Shown here: positions 63,286 to 64,000 of the stretch, one piece after another
Layout of the letters: every line of letters starts with the position of its first letter
How positions within the stretch are numbered: position 1 is the first letter of the stretch
Assembly: GCA_951406725.2 (NCBI GenBank)
Contig: OX597821.1
Location: 54,126,001-54,190,000 of the forward strand
Source: Octopus vulgaris
Lineage: Eukaryota
Reading direction: 5' to 3'
Length of the DNA: 64,000 nt
Translations under genes and position numbers: made by a program
The notes under the pieces: model-generated
The model's database searches: none
Told to the model about the DNA's origin: nothing
What the model saw: the letters and a program-made list of their open reading frames with translations, nothing else

Positions 63286-64000
63286 TGGGCAGAAGAAAAA
63301 CACACAATGAAAAGGCCCTTTTGATTGATAGAATATCTACAGACTTAGAGGAGCAAAAGTGAGAGAGTGTCAAGGTAGAAGATCTGCTCTCAAGAAGTCA
63401 AGTAAATGGAAGTCTCCAGGAAAATATAAAATTCTTAACTTCTGGTTGAATGCCTTCCCAGAGAGCCATGAACTGCTAGCAAAACTTTACAACGATGTTT
63501 TGCAACATCCTAGTAGGATGCCTCCTTGGCTAGTTAATGGGTTAACATTCCTGCTTCCAAAAAGTGAAGAAACAAATGAACCAAAAAACTATAGACCCAT
63601 AACCCGCTTAACAACTATATATAAAACGCTAACATCTGTCCTGACTGAATATACCTATAGTTTTTTAACAGACAGCAGCATATTCCCTAATGAACAGAAA
63701 GGATGTAAGCGTGGATCCTATGGTTGTAAAGATCAGCTACTCATCAACAAGATGATCTTAGAAGATTGTCACAAATGACACAAAAACTTGTCAATAGCCT
63801 AGATAGACTATAAAAATGCTTTTGATAGCCTACCACATAGCTGGATTAAGAAATGTCTGGAAATGTATAAAATAGTACCTTCTCAGCGAAACTTTTTGTC
63901 TGTAAGTATGAGATCATAGAGAACCACACTAACTTTGAATGGTGACAATGAATCTCTAAATGCTAGTGATGCAAGAATTTCATGTGGCATGTTCCAGGGT
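63286..64000 (+). mobile_element. R4/Dong-like LINE RT fragment, running off the window end
   Basis: WKSPG..I.NFWL, PPWL..G.TFLLPK..EPKNYRPIT.L.TIYK.LTS, EQKGCKRGSYGCKDQLLINK, DYK.AFDSLPHSWI; begins right after (AAT)n. Confidence 0.92.

Overview
AT-rich eukaryotic (animal) DNA, almost entirely repeat-derived. The SINE families and dense (AAT)n/(CA)n/(TA)n microsatellites resemble octopus genomic DNA; this is an inference from pattern recognition, not a database search. No intact protein-coding gene, rRNA, tRNA or CRISPR array is supportable. A few small + strand exon candidates suggest the window may be intronic. Contents: two abundant tRNA-derived SINE families (called A and B here), LINE fragments (RTE, CR1, R4/Dong-type RLE), Penelope-like relics with decayed hammerhead ribozymes, DNA-transposon relics (pogo, mariner, maT-like, a piggyBac-type MITE) and several long palindromes. 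Two structures stand out. (1) A ~5.2 kb non-autonomous Helitron (55619-60815, minus strand) carries a ~4.25 kb 20-22 bp satellite with higher-order structure plus a SINE as cargo, and sits head-to-tail with a cargo-free relative. (2) A ~540 bp non-coding, 5'-truncating element occurs four times, always inside (AAT)n tracts, alongside Dong-like LINEs; a local duplication provides a filled and an empty site. Boundaries of degenerate relics are approximate.
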